In this document: piece after piece, positions 20,406 to 31,898 of the stretch
Layout of the letters: every line of letters begins with the position of its first letter
Position numbering within the stretch: position 1 is the first letter of the stretch
Origin: an uncultured Chloroflexia bacterium
Lineage (GTDB): Bacteria > Chloroflexota > Limnocylindria > Limnocylindrales > CSP1-4
Length of the DNA stretch: 64,000 nt
Direction: 5' to 3'
Assembly (NCBI GenBank): GCA_963778155.1
Contig: CAVZTK010000006.1
Coordinates: 867,702 to 931,701, forward strand
Notes under the pieces: model-generated
Databases searched by the model: none
What the model was told of the DNA's origin: nothing
Seen by the model: the letters and a program-made list of their open reading frames with translations, nothing else
Made by a program: the position numbers and the translations under genes

Positions 20406-20977
20406 TCCACGGCCCTTTCGGACCTGGCGCGCGTTGCAGCCTTCGATGGCATCGCGCCGGCCGCCGGCTTGGGAGCCGCCGCGGGTCCCCTGGCACCGAC
20501 CGGTCCCCTGGCACCGACCGGTCCCTTGGGTCCAGCCGATCCCTTGGGTCCAGCCGATCCCTTCGCTCCGGCCGGTCCCCTGGGTCCGGTCCGCCCGGTG
20601 GCCCCGGTCCGGCCGGTGGCGCCGATCGGGCCCGCCGGCCCTGCCGGTCCCGGGGTTCGAACGACGGCTTCGATCGCATCGAACCGATCCGTCAGCTGAT
20701 CGATCTTCTCCTCCAGCCCGATGACGAGCTCTCCGAGCCGGGCGATGTCTTCGCGCGTCGGGACGTTCATCGTCTCGAGGTAGGTGCGCATGTTGTTGCG
20801 GATGGCCTTCTGGGCGGCCAGCATGGTCTCAAGCAGCCTGCCACTGGCCTCGTCGTACTCGGGGCTCCTCATGGCCTCCTCGAGTGCACTGCCCCAGGCC
20901 CGCTCGTTGGCGTCGTACATCTCGCGCCAGACCTCGAACGGATCGGTGGACGGGCCCGCTTCTTCGGTCTTCGTCAT
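20402..20977 (-). CDS. phaE: PhaE/PhaR-like PHA synthase second subunit with C-terminal collagen-like (Gly-X-Y)19 tail
   Basis: The N-terminal 110 aa resemble PHA_synth_III_E (..[36 protein letters not shown]). Then comes [56 protein letters not shown]. The gene is translationally coupled to padR (ATGA) and phaC (GTGA). Confidence 0.75.
   Translation of the reverse strand: MTKTEEAGPSTDPFEVWREMYDANERAWGSALEEAMRSPEYDEASGRLLETMLAAQKAIRNNMRTYLETMNVPTREDIARLGELVIGLEEKIDQLTDRFDAIEAVVRTPGPAGPAGPIGATGRTGATGRTGPRGPAGAKGSAGPKGSAGPKGPVGARGPVGARGPAAAPKPAAGAMPSKAATRARSERAVE
20480..20650 (-). repeat. in-frame tandem repeats encoding 19 uninterrupted Gly-X-Y triplets (several perfect 18-bp duplications)
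   Basis: On the + strand, ggtcccctggcaccgacc x2 and cttgggtccagccgatcc x2 are perfect, and ggtggc(c/g)ccggtccggcc is near-perfect x2. Confidence 0.9.
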
Positions 20978-21492
20978 TCCGTTGCCTCCTTCTGATCGCT
21001 CGGGGCGTCGGGCTGCCGGTGTCTTGCGCCGGGGCCGGCGTCGTACAAGCCAAAGAACCTGTTGATCGTTTCGCGATAGGCGTCGAGCATCGCCGCCGAG
21101 GTCGCCAACCAGGCGTCGCCGCTTCCGGTGATCGTGTAGACGCGACGGGCAGGCCCGGTCGGGCCGGGTTCCCAGGTCGACTCGAGGAAGCCCTCCTTCT
21201 CCATCTGGCGAAGCGTCCGGTAGAGCGTGCTCATCGTGATCCCGAACACGCCGAACCCACGGAGGTAGTCCTCGATCGCGTAGCCGTGCGCCCGTTGGAG
21301 CGACACGGCCAGCAGGACGAACGGTTGCAGGAAGTCACGTGGCGGCCAACCGGGGAACGCCTCCCGTTCCTCGGTCGGCTCGGCAGGGCGGTCGGCGTCG
21401 GGCGCCGGCTCGTCGGCCGCCCCGTCATCGGCCGCCCGGGCGGCACGCGCACGCTCGTAGTCAGCGGCCTCGGTGTTGGTGCGATCTGTCAT
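20974..21492 (-). CDS. PadR-family transcriptional regulator
   Basis: Start taken at ATG 21492. wHTH core [72 protein letters not shown], preceded by an acidic ~50-aa N-extension. Confidence 0.85.
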   Translation of the reverse strand: MTDRTNTEAADYERARAARAADDGAADEPAPDADRPAEPTEEREAFPGWPPRDFLQPFVLLAVSLQRAHGYAIEDYLRGFGVFGITMSTLYRTLRQMEKEGFLESTWEPGPTGPARRVYTITGSGDAWLATSAAMLDAYRETINRFFGLYDAGPGARHRQPDAPSDQKEATE

Positions 21493-21528
21493 TTGGAGGT
21501 CCGTGGGGTTCTCGGTTCGATCGGCGAC

Positions 21529-21557
21529 TTGACAAAGACACGACCTATGTGCACAAT
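21529..21557 (+). promoter_or_regulatory. sigma-70-like promoter for the phasin operon (TTGACA-17 bp-CACAAT) overlapping a GTGCAC/TGCAC repeat (candidate PadR operator)
   Basis: TTGACA at 21529-21534, a 17-bp spacer, CACAAT at 21552-21557, and SD AAGGAG at 21601. The motif tGTGCACaaTGCACt overlaps the -10 element. Sequence reading only. Confidence 0.4.
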
Positions 21558-21612
21558 GCACTTAGAGACGTTGCCAGTAGATGCAACACGATCATAGACC
21601 AAGGAGCGGGCC

Positions 21613-22005
21613 ATGTCCACCACCACGAACGAACTACCGGAGTCGGCGGCCGCCGCCGTGACCGAAGCCACCCGCATCGCCGCCCAGGCGGCCCGCACCA
21701 GCACCGAGACGGCAAAGGCGTCATTCGAGGCCACGCGCACGTATGTCGGTGAGAGCGCTGTCATCGGCCGCGAGATGCTCGAGGGCTGGTCCACCCAGGG
21801 CGAGGTCGTCCTCAAGACGGCATTCGAGGCACAGAACGCGGCGGTCGAGGCCGGACTGCACCTGTTCGACCTGGGCCTCAAGGGCAATCGGAAGGCCGTC
21901 GAGCAGTTCTCGACGATCATCAAGCGAACGCAGCAGGCGACGCTCGAGAGCTGGCAGTCCGCCGCCAAGGCGGCCTGGATGGCGACCGAACCCACCAAGC
22001 GCTGA
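21613..22005 (+). CDS. phasin-like PHA-granule-associated protein
   Basis: 130 aa, Ala/Glu/Thr-rich amphipathic helices with no Cys or Trp clusters. It is the first gene of the operon divergent from padR-phaE-phaC. The assignment rests on context and composition. Confidence 0.55.
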   Translation: MSTTTNELPESAAAAVTEATRIAAQAARTSTETAKASFEATRTYVGESAVIGREMLEGWSTQGEVVLKTAFEAQNAAVEAGLHLFDLGLKGNRKAVEQFSTIIKRTQQATLESWQSAAKAAWMATEPTKR

Positions 22006-22089
22006 ACAATAGGCTCACGACCCACCAAGGTGGCCGGCGATCCGCCGGCCACCTCCGTTTGGTCTCGGCCGGATCCAGGATGGTTTGGC

Positions 22090-22851
22090 ATGGCTGATCT
22101 GACAGGCAAGTCGTGTTTCGTCACGGGCGGTTCAAGCGGCATCGGCCGGGAGATCGCGCTCGAACTCGGACGACTTGGCGGTACCGTGGCGGTGGGCTAT
22201 CTCTCCGACGATAAGGGACACGACCTCGAGGCAGAGGGGAGTGAGGTCTCCGCCGAGATTGTCGCTGCCGGGGGCCAGGCGTACGTCATCGGTTGCGACG
22301 TCAGCAATCCCGCGTCCGTCGACGCGGCGATCGCCAGCGTCGTCGACCGCTGCGGCACCGTCGACGTCCTCGTCAACAACGCCGGGATCACGCGCGATCG
22401 GTCGCTCGCCAAGATGTCGCTCGACGAGTGGGATTCCGTCATCGCGACGAATCTGTCGAGCGTCTTCCACGTGACCGCCCGAGTGCTGCCGCACATGGTC
22501 CAGGCGCGCTTCGGCCGCATCGTCAGCATCAGCTCGGTGGTCGGCCTGCACGGCAACTACGGCCAGGCCAACTACGCCGCCGCGAAAGCCGGGATCGTCG
22601 GCTTCACCAAGACCGCGGCGATCGAGCTGGCCAGCAAGGGCGTCACGGTCAACGCGATCGCGCCCGGCTTCATCGCGACGCAGATGATCGCGGCCATGCC
22701 CGACGATGTCCGCGCGCGGATCCTGGAGAAGATCCCGATGGGCCGGTTCGGACGTCCAGAGGAGATCGCCCAGCTGGTTGCCTTCCTCGTGACGAAGGGC
22801 GAATACATCACCGGCCAGGTGATCTCCATCGACGGCGGGCTGTACACATGA
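22090..22851 (+). CDS. SDR 3-oxoacyl reductase (FabG family; acetoacetyl-CoA reductase PhaB-like by context)
   Basis: TGGSSGIGREIA (cofactor motif), NNAGI, catalytic S...YAAAKAG, C-terminal GQVISIDGGL. Confidence 0.88.
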   Translation: MADLTGKSCFVTGGSSGIGREIALELGRLGGTVAVGYLSDDKGHDLEAEGSEVSAEIVAAGGQAYVIGCDVSNPASVDAAIASVVDRCGTVDVLVNNAGITRDRSLAKMSLDEWDSVIATNLSSVFHVTARVLPHMVQARFGRIVSISSVVGLHGNYGQANYAAAKAGIVGFTKTAAIELASKGVTVNAIAPGFIATQMIAAMPDDVRARILEKIPMGRFGRPEEIAQLVAFLVTKGEYITGQVISIDGGLYT

Positions 22852-22917
22852 TCCGCGGTCGGGTCCCGGCCTTGCCGGGAACAAGAATCTGAACGACAAG
22901 AGAGGCAAGGAACTGTC

Positions 22918-24159
22918 ATGCCTGAGGTGACCCAGGACGGCCGCAATGGCGGCGTCTATCTCGTGAGCGCGGCCCGCACCCCGATCGGCAAGTTCGGCGG
23001 CGCGATGTCCGGCGTGCCGGCGGTCGAGCTCGGCGGCGTCGCCATCCGGGCCGCCATCGAGCGGAGCGGCCTGCCGGCCGACGCTCCGGTCGATGAAGTC
23101 ATCATGGGCCAGGTCATCCAGGCCGGCACCGGCCAGGCGCCTGCGCGACAGGCCGCTCTCCTCGGCGGGCTCCCCGTCACGACGAGCGCGACGACGATCA
23201 ACAAGGTCTGCGGTTCCGGCCTGAAGGCGATCATGTTCGGCGCGGCACAGATCAAGGCGGGTGACGCCGACGTGATCGTGGCGGGCGGGATGGAGAGCAT
23301 GAACGGCGGGCCGTACATGTTGCCCCGTGCCCGTTTCGGCTATCGCCTGGGTGACGGGTCGATCATCGACTCGACCGTGCACGATGCCCTGTGGTGTGCG
23401 ATCGAGGATTGTCACGTGGGGACGCACGCCGAGCGGACGGCCATCGCCAGGCAGATCAGCCGCGAAGACCAGGACGAGTTCGCGCTGCGAAGTCATATGA
23501 ACGCGATCGCAGCGATGGACGCCGGACGGTTCGACGCGGAGCTCGCCCCGGTGACGGTGCGCGATGCCAAGGGCCGCGAGACCATCGTCAGCGTTGACGA
23601 GGGCCCTCGTCGGGACTCGACGATCGAGGCCCTTGCGCGACTCACGCCCGCCTTTGACCTGCCCCAGGGCGAGGATCGCGGAAACGCGACAAGCGGGACC
23701 GCGACGGCCGGCAACGTGCCGGGCATCACTGACGGTGGCGCGGCGACGGTCCTGGTCAGCGAGCGGACCGTCGAGCGATGCGACCTCAAGCCACTTGCGA
23801 GGATCGTCGGCTATGCCCAGGCGGACATCGAGCCGAAGTGGTTGTTCCTGGCACCAGTCATCGGTGTCCGCCGACTGCTCGATCGGATCGAGATGCCGAT
23901 CGAAGCTTTCGATCTCATCGAGATCAACGAGGCGTTCGCTGCCCAGGTCCTGGCCGACGGCCGGGAGCTCGGCTTCGACTGGGACAAGGTGAACGTCAAC
24001 GGCGGCGCGATCGCCCTAGGTCACCCGGTTGGTGCGTCCGGAGCCCGGATCGTCGCGACACTCCTCCACGAGCTCGCGCGGCGCGAGGGCCGTTACGGCC
24101 TCGCAACCCTCTGCCTCGGCGGCGGCGGGTCAGTGGCAATGGCGTTCGAGAGGGTCTGA
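22918..24159 (+). CDS. acetyl-CoA C-acetyltransferase (thiolase II; PhaA-like by context)
   Basis: SAARTPIGKFGG, active-site Cys INKVCGSGLKAI, NVNGGAIALGHPVGASGARI, GLATLCLGGGGSVAMAFE. Confidence 0.92.
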   Translation: MPEVTQDGRNGGVYLVSAARTPIGKFGGAMSGVPAVELGGVAIRAAIERSGLPADAPVDEVIMGQVIQAGTGQAPARQAALLGGLPVTTSATTINKVCGSGLKAIMFGAAQIKAGDADVIVAGGMESMNGGPYMLPRARFGYRLGDGSIIDSTVHDALWCAIEDCHVGTHAERTAIARQISREDQDEFALRSHMNAIAAMDAGRFDAELAPVTVRDAKGRETIVSVDEGPRRDSTIEALARLTPAFDLPQGEDRGNATSGTATAGNVPGITDGGAATVLVSERTVERCDLKPLARIVGYAQADIEPKWLFLAPVIGVRRLLDRIEMPIEAFDLIEINEAFAAQVLADGRELGFDWDKVNVNGGAIALGHPVGASGARIVATLLHELARREGRYGLATLCLGGGGSVAMAFERV

Positions 24160-24170
24160 CCGGTCTTCGA

Positions 24171-24217
24171 AGACGGGGCCGCGCGGCGTCGGCCGCGCGG
24201 CGTCGGCCGCGCCGTCT
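24171..24217. terminator. GC-rich hairpin/tandem-palindrome element between convergent thiolase and malic enzyme genes (likely bidirectional terminator)
   Basis: The palindromic 10-mer GCCGCGCGGC occurs at 24178-24187 and 24192-24201, giving a 10-bp stem with loop GTCG. It is flanked by AGACGG/CCGTCT, and a 14-bp unit ggccgcgcggcgtc is repeated 2.5 times. Confidence 0.5.
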
Positions 24218-24226
24218 CCGATCAGT

Positions 24227-25939
24227 TCAGTCGCCCGGGTCGGATGGGACGTATTCAGGCCACCAGATCGCGCGATCGACGGCCGACTCGATGTCCGCAT
24301 CTGAGTAGGCACGGCCATGACCGCTGTCCCGGGCCTCCCGAACGACGGCGACCGCGATCGCCCGCGCAACCGCCCGCAAGCCGGCAATGGGCGGGTAGAG
24401 CGCGCCCGTCTGCAAGCGGTCGCCAGCCGAAACGAGTCGGGACAGTTCATGGGCGGCGACGAGGAACATGTTGTCGGTCACCTCAGGCGTCTCCGCGACG
24501 ATCGCCCCGAGACCCATCCCCGGGAAGACGAAGACGTTGTTGGCCTGACCGATGACACGGACCCCAGTGGGGCCAGCGACGTCACGGCCGGGCCCGCCAG
24601 TGGCGACGAGGGCCCGCCCTCCGGTCCAAGCGAGGATGTCCTCGGGCCGCGCCTCGATGCAGACGCTAGGGTTGGATAGGGGCAGGATGATCGGGACCGC
24701 GTCATGGAGCCCGATTTCGTGGACCAGGGCCTCGGTGAAGGCGCCTGCGCAAGCCGATGCACCGATGAGGACCGTCGCCCCTGTCGCTCGGGCGATGGCG
24801 ACCGGGTCCGCCAGTTCGGACGGCTGGAGCCCGGCCTCGAGCAGGCGAGAAGGATCGACCGCAAACGGCCGCTGGTCATCCGGCAAGCCCGGCCGAGCCG
24901 AATGGACCAGGCCGTGGCTGTCGAGCATGACGATGGCCGAGGCGGCGGCGCGAGGATCCATCCCCTCGACCACGAGCTCACGCCGAAGGAGAGACGCGAT
25001 GCCGATCGCCGCCGCTCCGGCGCCGACGAACATGAACCTCTCGGAGGTCAGACCGCCACGTCCTCGTCGCGCGGCGATCAGGCCGGCGAGAACGACCGCC
25101 GCGGTCCCTTGCATGTCATCGTTGAAACTTGGCAGCCGGCGCCGATAGCGTTCCAGGATGCGAACGGCATTGTGCTGCTTGAAGTCCTCCCACTGCACGA
25201 CGGCGGTGGGGAACACGCGGATGACGGCGTCCACGAATGCCTCGACGACCGCGTCATACGCAGGTCCGCGCAATCTGGGCGCCCGATGGCCCAGATACAG
25301 CGGATCCTGAAGGAGGGCCTCGTTATCGGTCCCGACATCCAGCGACACGGGAAGCGTCTGCGCCGGATAGATCCCGGCTGCCGCCGTATAGAGCGCGAGC
25401 TTGCCCACCGGGATGGCCATCCCACCGGCCCCCTGGTCGCCCAGACCCAGGATGCGCTCGTTGTCGGTGACGACGATCAGGCGAATGTCGTCGCCGGCAC
25501 TGCGAAGGATGTCGTCGATCCGACCGAGATCGTCAGGAGCGATCCAAACGCCGCGGGGACGCCGAAAGATGTGGCTGAATTGCTGGCACGCGAGCCCGAC
25601 CGTCGGTGTGTAGACGATCGGGAGGAACTCCTCGAGGTTCTCCACGAGCAACCGGTAGAAGAGGGTTTCGTTGCGGTCCTGAAGGGCCGCCAATCCGATG
25701 TAGCGCTCCAGGTCATCCGCCTTGCGCCGGACGTGCTCCAGTTCGAGCGCGAGCTGCTCATCGATCGTCGCCACTCCGGGCGGCATCAGGCCGTGCAGAC
25801 CGTAACGATCGCGCTCTCGAGCCGTGAACGCCGCGCCCTTGTTGAGTAGTGGCTGCGCGATCAGATCGCGTCCGCTACGCGCCACGAGATGGCCGGACGC
25901 TGGCCGACTTGGAGGTCCGGTCGCCACCGCCGCGGTCAC
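24227..25939 (-). CDS. NAD(P)-dependent malic enzyme (large ~570-aa form)
   Basis: LLNKGAAFTARERDRYGLHGLMPP, VYTPTVGLACQQFSHIFRRPRG, VVTDNERILGLGDQGAGGMAIPVGKL, FNDDMQGTAAVVLAG, FVGAGAAAIG, ILPLSNP, NNVFVFPGMGLG. Start proposed at GTG 25939, which overlaps the CBS gene stop as GTGA. Confidence 0.9.
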   Translation of the reverse strand: MTAAVATGPPSRPASGHLVARSGRDLIAQPLLNKGAAFTARERDRYGLHGLMPPGVATIDEQLALELEHVRRKADDLERYIGLAALQDRNETLFYRLLVENLEEFLPIVYTPTVGLACQQFSHIFRRPRGVWIAPDDLGRIDDILRSAGDDIRLIVVTDNERILGLGDQGAGGMAIPVGKLALYTAAAGIYPAQTLPVSLDVGTDNEALLQDPLYLGHRAPRLRGPAYDAVVEAFVDAVIRVFPTAVVQWEDFKQHNAVRILERYRRRLPSFNDDMQGTAAVVLAGLIAARRGRGGLTSERFMFVGAGAAAIGIASLLRRELVVEGMDPRAAASAIVMLDSHGLVHSARPGLPDDQRPFAVDPSRLLEAGLQPSELADPVAIARATGATVLIGASACAGAFTEALVHEIGLHDAVPIILPLSNPSVCIEARPEDILAWTGGRALVATGGPGRDVAGPTGVRVIGQANNVFVFPGMGLGAIVAETPEVTDNMFLVAAHELSRLVSAGDRLQTGALYPPIAGLRAVARAIAVAVVREARDSGHGRAYSDADIESAVDRAIWWPEYVPSDPGD

Positions 25940-26202
25940 TTGGGGAGTACGCCAGCCTGTTGACTCGGATCTGATCCGATCCGCCCGCCTGAGGCTCCTT
26001 GATGAGCGTATCGGTACTCGGCGAGGTGCGCGTGACTCAAGACTCCTACCAGCGCGCCGTTGCGATCGACGACCGGAATGCCTCTGATATAGGTTGAGCG
26101 GAGCACAACGTCCGCTTCCGCCAGGGACGCATCGACCTTGACGACGACCGGGTCGACCGACATCACGTCTGCGACCAACAGGTGTTTCGCGTCCATATCC
26201 AA
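25936..26202 (-). CDS. single-CBS-domain protein (88 aa)
   Basis: One CBS motif (VADVMSVDPVVVKVDASLAEADVVLRSTYIRGIPVVDRNGALVGVLSHAHL). Its stop overlaps the proposed malic enzyme start. Confidence 0.65.
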   Translation of the reverse strand: MDMDAKHLLVADVMSVDPVVVKVDASLAEADVVLRSTYIRGIPVVDRNGALVGVLSHAHLAEYRYAHQGASGGRIGSDPSQQAGVLPK

Positions 26203-26543
26203 GTCCTCTGGGGCTGAACAGCATCATCCCGGCGCACGGTCCGAAATGACAGGGCCAAGTGGACCCTACTCAGCGACCATGGGTCCCGGCGTTCGGTCTC
26301 GCGACGCACCCTTCGCCATCCGCTAAGGACAACCTTGGGAAGCCGGTCCGTCGCAACTCTGCTTCCGCGCAACAGGACCCCTGACCATCGCCTCAGTGTT
26401 CCTCTCATCGGCCGGCCGCTACAGTGAGACCGCTCACATGGGGTGATGCGAGCCCCCGAGGTCCGTACCCGGACGGCGCAGCATCGGCCAGATTTCGGGA
26501 CCGAGGTCGACATCACCTCCTGAGCCGGGGCCGGGGAAGATCA

Positions 26544-26987
26544 ATGGATGTCGACGCGCTGAACGAGCAGCTCGAGGCTCGGTTGGATCGCGCCAACCGG
26601 CGCGCCGAATCGGCGACACCTGGCAGCCCCGAATGGGACGCGGCACTCGCGAACGTGGACGACATCGAGCATCGTATCCACGCATTGCGGCCAGCGCCGT
26701 CAGTCACCGGCGAGCACATCTTCAGCCGACTCGGACCGATGGTCCTCGAGGACGACTGCCTTGTCCATGGGACGATCTCAGCGCTTGGTCCAGCCGGTGA
26801 GGCGCTTCGCGTCGAGATCGCCGAGATCCCCGAGCGGGTGCACTCCCGCGTCGAGTTTCTGGCGGCGCTCAAAGGATTGGCCAAAGCTGCGGACTTCGCG
26901 CTCGAGGTAGAGGGCAACGAACTCGAGCTCACCTTCTATGCCTGGGACCCCGAGCTTCACGACACCGGAGCGCCGCCGCCTCGGTGA
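26544..26987 (+). CDS. hypothetical protein (147 aa)
   Basis: ORF with normal composition from ATG 26544 (GGGGAAG 5 nt upstream). I recognise no family. Confidence 0.45.
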   Translation: MDVDALNEQLEARLDRANRRAESATPGSPEWDAALANVDDIEHRIHALRPAPSVTGEHIFSRLGPMVLEDDCLVHGTISALGPAGEALRVEIAEIPERVHSRVEFLAALKGLAKAADFALEVEGNELELTFYAWDPELHDTGAPPPR

Positions 26988-27095
26988 AAGTCGTCGCGGA
27001 GACTATGAAGGGGATCTGAATTACCTCGGCGCGATGCGCGGCTCACTCGTGCTCCACACGAACCTGCAAGGTCGCTTCGTCTAGGATTCGTCGGC

Positions 27096-27554
27096 ATGAG
27101 CACCATCCCTGAAAGCGTTCGCGAGTTCGTCGCGGGCGGGCTTTGGGCACACGTCCTGACGATGAACCGACACGGCGAGCCCCACGTCAACATGTGCTGG
27201 GCCGGCTTCGACGGCGACGAGATCGTCTTCGCGTCGTTCTTCGACGCCAAGCGCGCTGCCCGCCTCAGGCACGACCCGCGCGTCACGCTCTCCTTCCAGG
27301 CCAATGAGTACGGCGGCGGCGGACTGTTTCCCTACCTCGTGCTGAACGGCCGCGCCAGCGTCGAGGACGGCGGAGCGCTCGCGGTGATGGACTACCTCGC
27401 CGAGTGGTACATCGGCCCGGGCGCCACGTACCCGGCTCGCGACATGCCGTCGGGCTGGACCTTCCGGGTCGTGATCGACAAGTTCTACGGTCAGGGTCCG
27501 TGGAACGATCGGTGGGTCGAGATGGATCGTGCGAGCCGCGACTCCCGCGGATAG
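27096..27554 (+). CDS. pyridoxamine 5'-phosphate oxidase-family (PPOX class, probably F420-dependent) enzyme
   Basis: 152 aa. GLWAHVLTMNRHGEPHVNMCWAGFDGDEIVFASFFDAKRAARLRHDPRVTLSF...LNGRASV shows the typical split-barrel PPOX/F420 family pattern. Confidence 0.75.
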   Translation: MSTIPESVREFVAGGLWAHVLTMNRHGEPHVNMCWAGFDGDEIVFASFFDAKRAARLRHDPRVTLSFQANEYGGGGLFPYLVLNGRASVEDGGALAVMDYLAEWYIGPGATYPARDMPSGWTFRVVIDKFYGQGPWNDRWVEMDRASRDSRG

Positions 27555-27563
27555 CGCAACGAG

Positions 27564-28310
27564 TCAGCCTGCCGCGTCGGACTCCGGCGACGCCTCGTCC
27601 CGGGCCTCGTCGCGGATCGTCCGGCGCAGGTCGGCGGCCCGGCCGCGGAGATCGCGGAAGAAGTCGGTGTCGGTGATCTCGGCGACCTGGCGTGCCTGGC
27701 GCCCCTGATCGATCTCGATGCGCAGCTCGCGCACCTGCTCGCGCAGCCGGGCCTCGCGGGCGAGGACCTCGCGGGCCATGCTCTCGAACCGCCGTGCCAG
27801 CGCACCGAGCGCGTCATCTCGCGCTGCGACGAGCGCGATGTCGCCGAGGTCCTCGCTGCCCGCCTCGAGCGCCGCGGCGGCTCCGGTCACACGCGAGACC
27901 TGTTCGAGGTACTCGAGCTCCAGGTCACGGAGCCGCTTTGCGGCCAGGGACGAGTCGAGCCGTGCCTTCAGGATCGCCGGCTGGAAGGGCTTCGTCAGGT
28001 AGTCGGTGGCGCCCATCTCGATGCAGCGGACGACGCTGTCCACCTGGTCGACGCCCGAGATGATGATCACCGGCAGGTAGGTCAGGACCGGATCGGCCTT
28101 GATGGCGGCGAGCGTCTCGTAGCCGTCCATCACGGGCATGACGATGTCGAGCAGGACGACGTCGACGCCGCCCTCTGCGAGACGATCGAGCGCCTCGCGT
28201 CCATCCGCCGCTTCGACGACGACGTGGCCTTCCTTCCCGAGCGCGGCTCGCAGGATGGTCCGGTTGAGTCGCTCGTCGTCCACGACGAGGACCCGGCCCA
28301 AGGTCGTCAC
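27564..28310 (-). CDS. response regulator: receiver domain plus ~120-aa helical/HAMP-like C-terminus, no recognisable output domain
   Basis: REC motifs VLVVDDERLN, VVLLDIVMPVMDG, PVIIISG, DYLTKPF. The C-terminus contains DALGALARRFESMAREVLAREARLREQVRELRIEIDQ. The start overlaps the Hpt gene stop (ATGA). Confidence 0.88.
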   Translation of the reverse strand: MTTLGRVLVVDDERLNRTILRAALGKEGHVVVEAADGREALDRLAEGGVDVVLLDIVMPVMDGYETLAAIKADPVLTYLPVIIISGVDQVDSVVRCIEMGATDYLTKPFQPAILKARLDSSLAAKRLRDLELEYLEQVSRVTGAAAALEAGSEDLGDIALVAARDDALGALARRFESMAREVLAREARLREQVRELRIEIDQGRQARQVAEITDTDFFRDLRGRAADLRRTIRDEARDEASPESDAAG

Positions 28311-28669
28311 GAGCCGACCCGAAGGGGGCCAAGGGCGGCGCGGACCTCCTCGAACTCGGCGGTCGCGGCCTCGACGCGAGCCGGCCCGTCGTCGACCTGC
28401 CCGGCCCTGGCGTCGGCCTCGAGGGCGCGACAGATGTCTGCCAGCCGCTCGGCGCCCATGCTCGCGCTGTTCGATTTGAGCGAATGCGCGGGTCGGATGA
28501 CATCTGCCACGTTGCCCGCTGCGACGGAAACGCGCAGGGCCTCGAGCTGCGCCGACCCGTCCTCGATGAAGGTGTCGATCAGCTCGGCCAGGAAGTCCGG
28601 GTCGCCGCCGGTCATCTCGAGCAGCCGGTCCAGCGCGGCTGGATCGACCGCGGGACGGGGATCGGTCAT
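28307..28669 (-). CDS. histidine phosphotransfer (Hpt) protein
   Basis: 120 aa with phospho-His motif AHSLKSNSASMGA within a four-helix-type sequence. Confidence 0.85.
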   Translation of the reverse strand: MTDPRPAVDPAALDRLLEMTGGDPDFLAELIDTFIEDGSAQLEALRVSVAAGNVADVIRPAHSLKSNSASMGAERLADICRALEADARAGQVDDGPARVEAATAEFEEVRAALGPLRVGS

Positions 28670-28700
28670 CGCGCCTTCCTCCGACTACATTCCGCCACGA

Positions 28701-31892
<3,192 letters not shown>

Positions 31893-31898
31893 CGCGCG

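Noticed and set aside
20480-20650. Short tandem repeats that could be mistaken for a CRISPR array or a non-coding VNTR. The plus-strand ORF 20434..20724 also has a 'PVPW' periodicity.
   Set aside because: The repeat units are contiguous 18-mers without spacers. They are in frame with the phaE-like gene, where they encode perfect Gly-X-Y triplets. The plus-strand ORF is merely the mirror image of that periodicity.
25940-26227. Long N-terminal extension of the malic enzyme ORF (track ORF 24227..26227)
   Set aside because: The extension is Arg/Pro/Gly junk that overlaps the CBS-domain ORF in another frame. GTG 25939 gives a canonical-length enzyme and a GTGA stop-start overlap.
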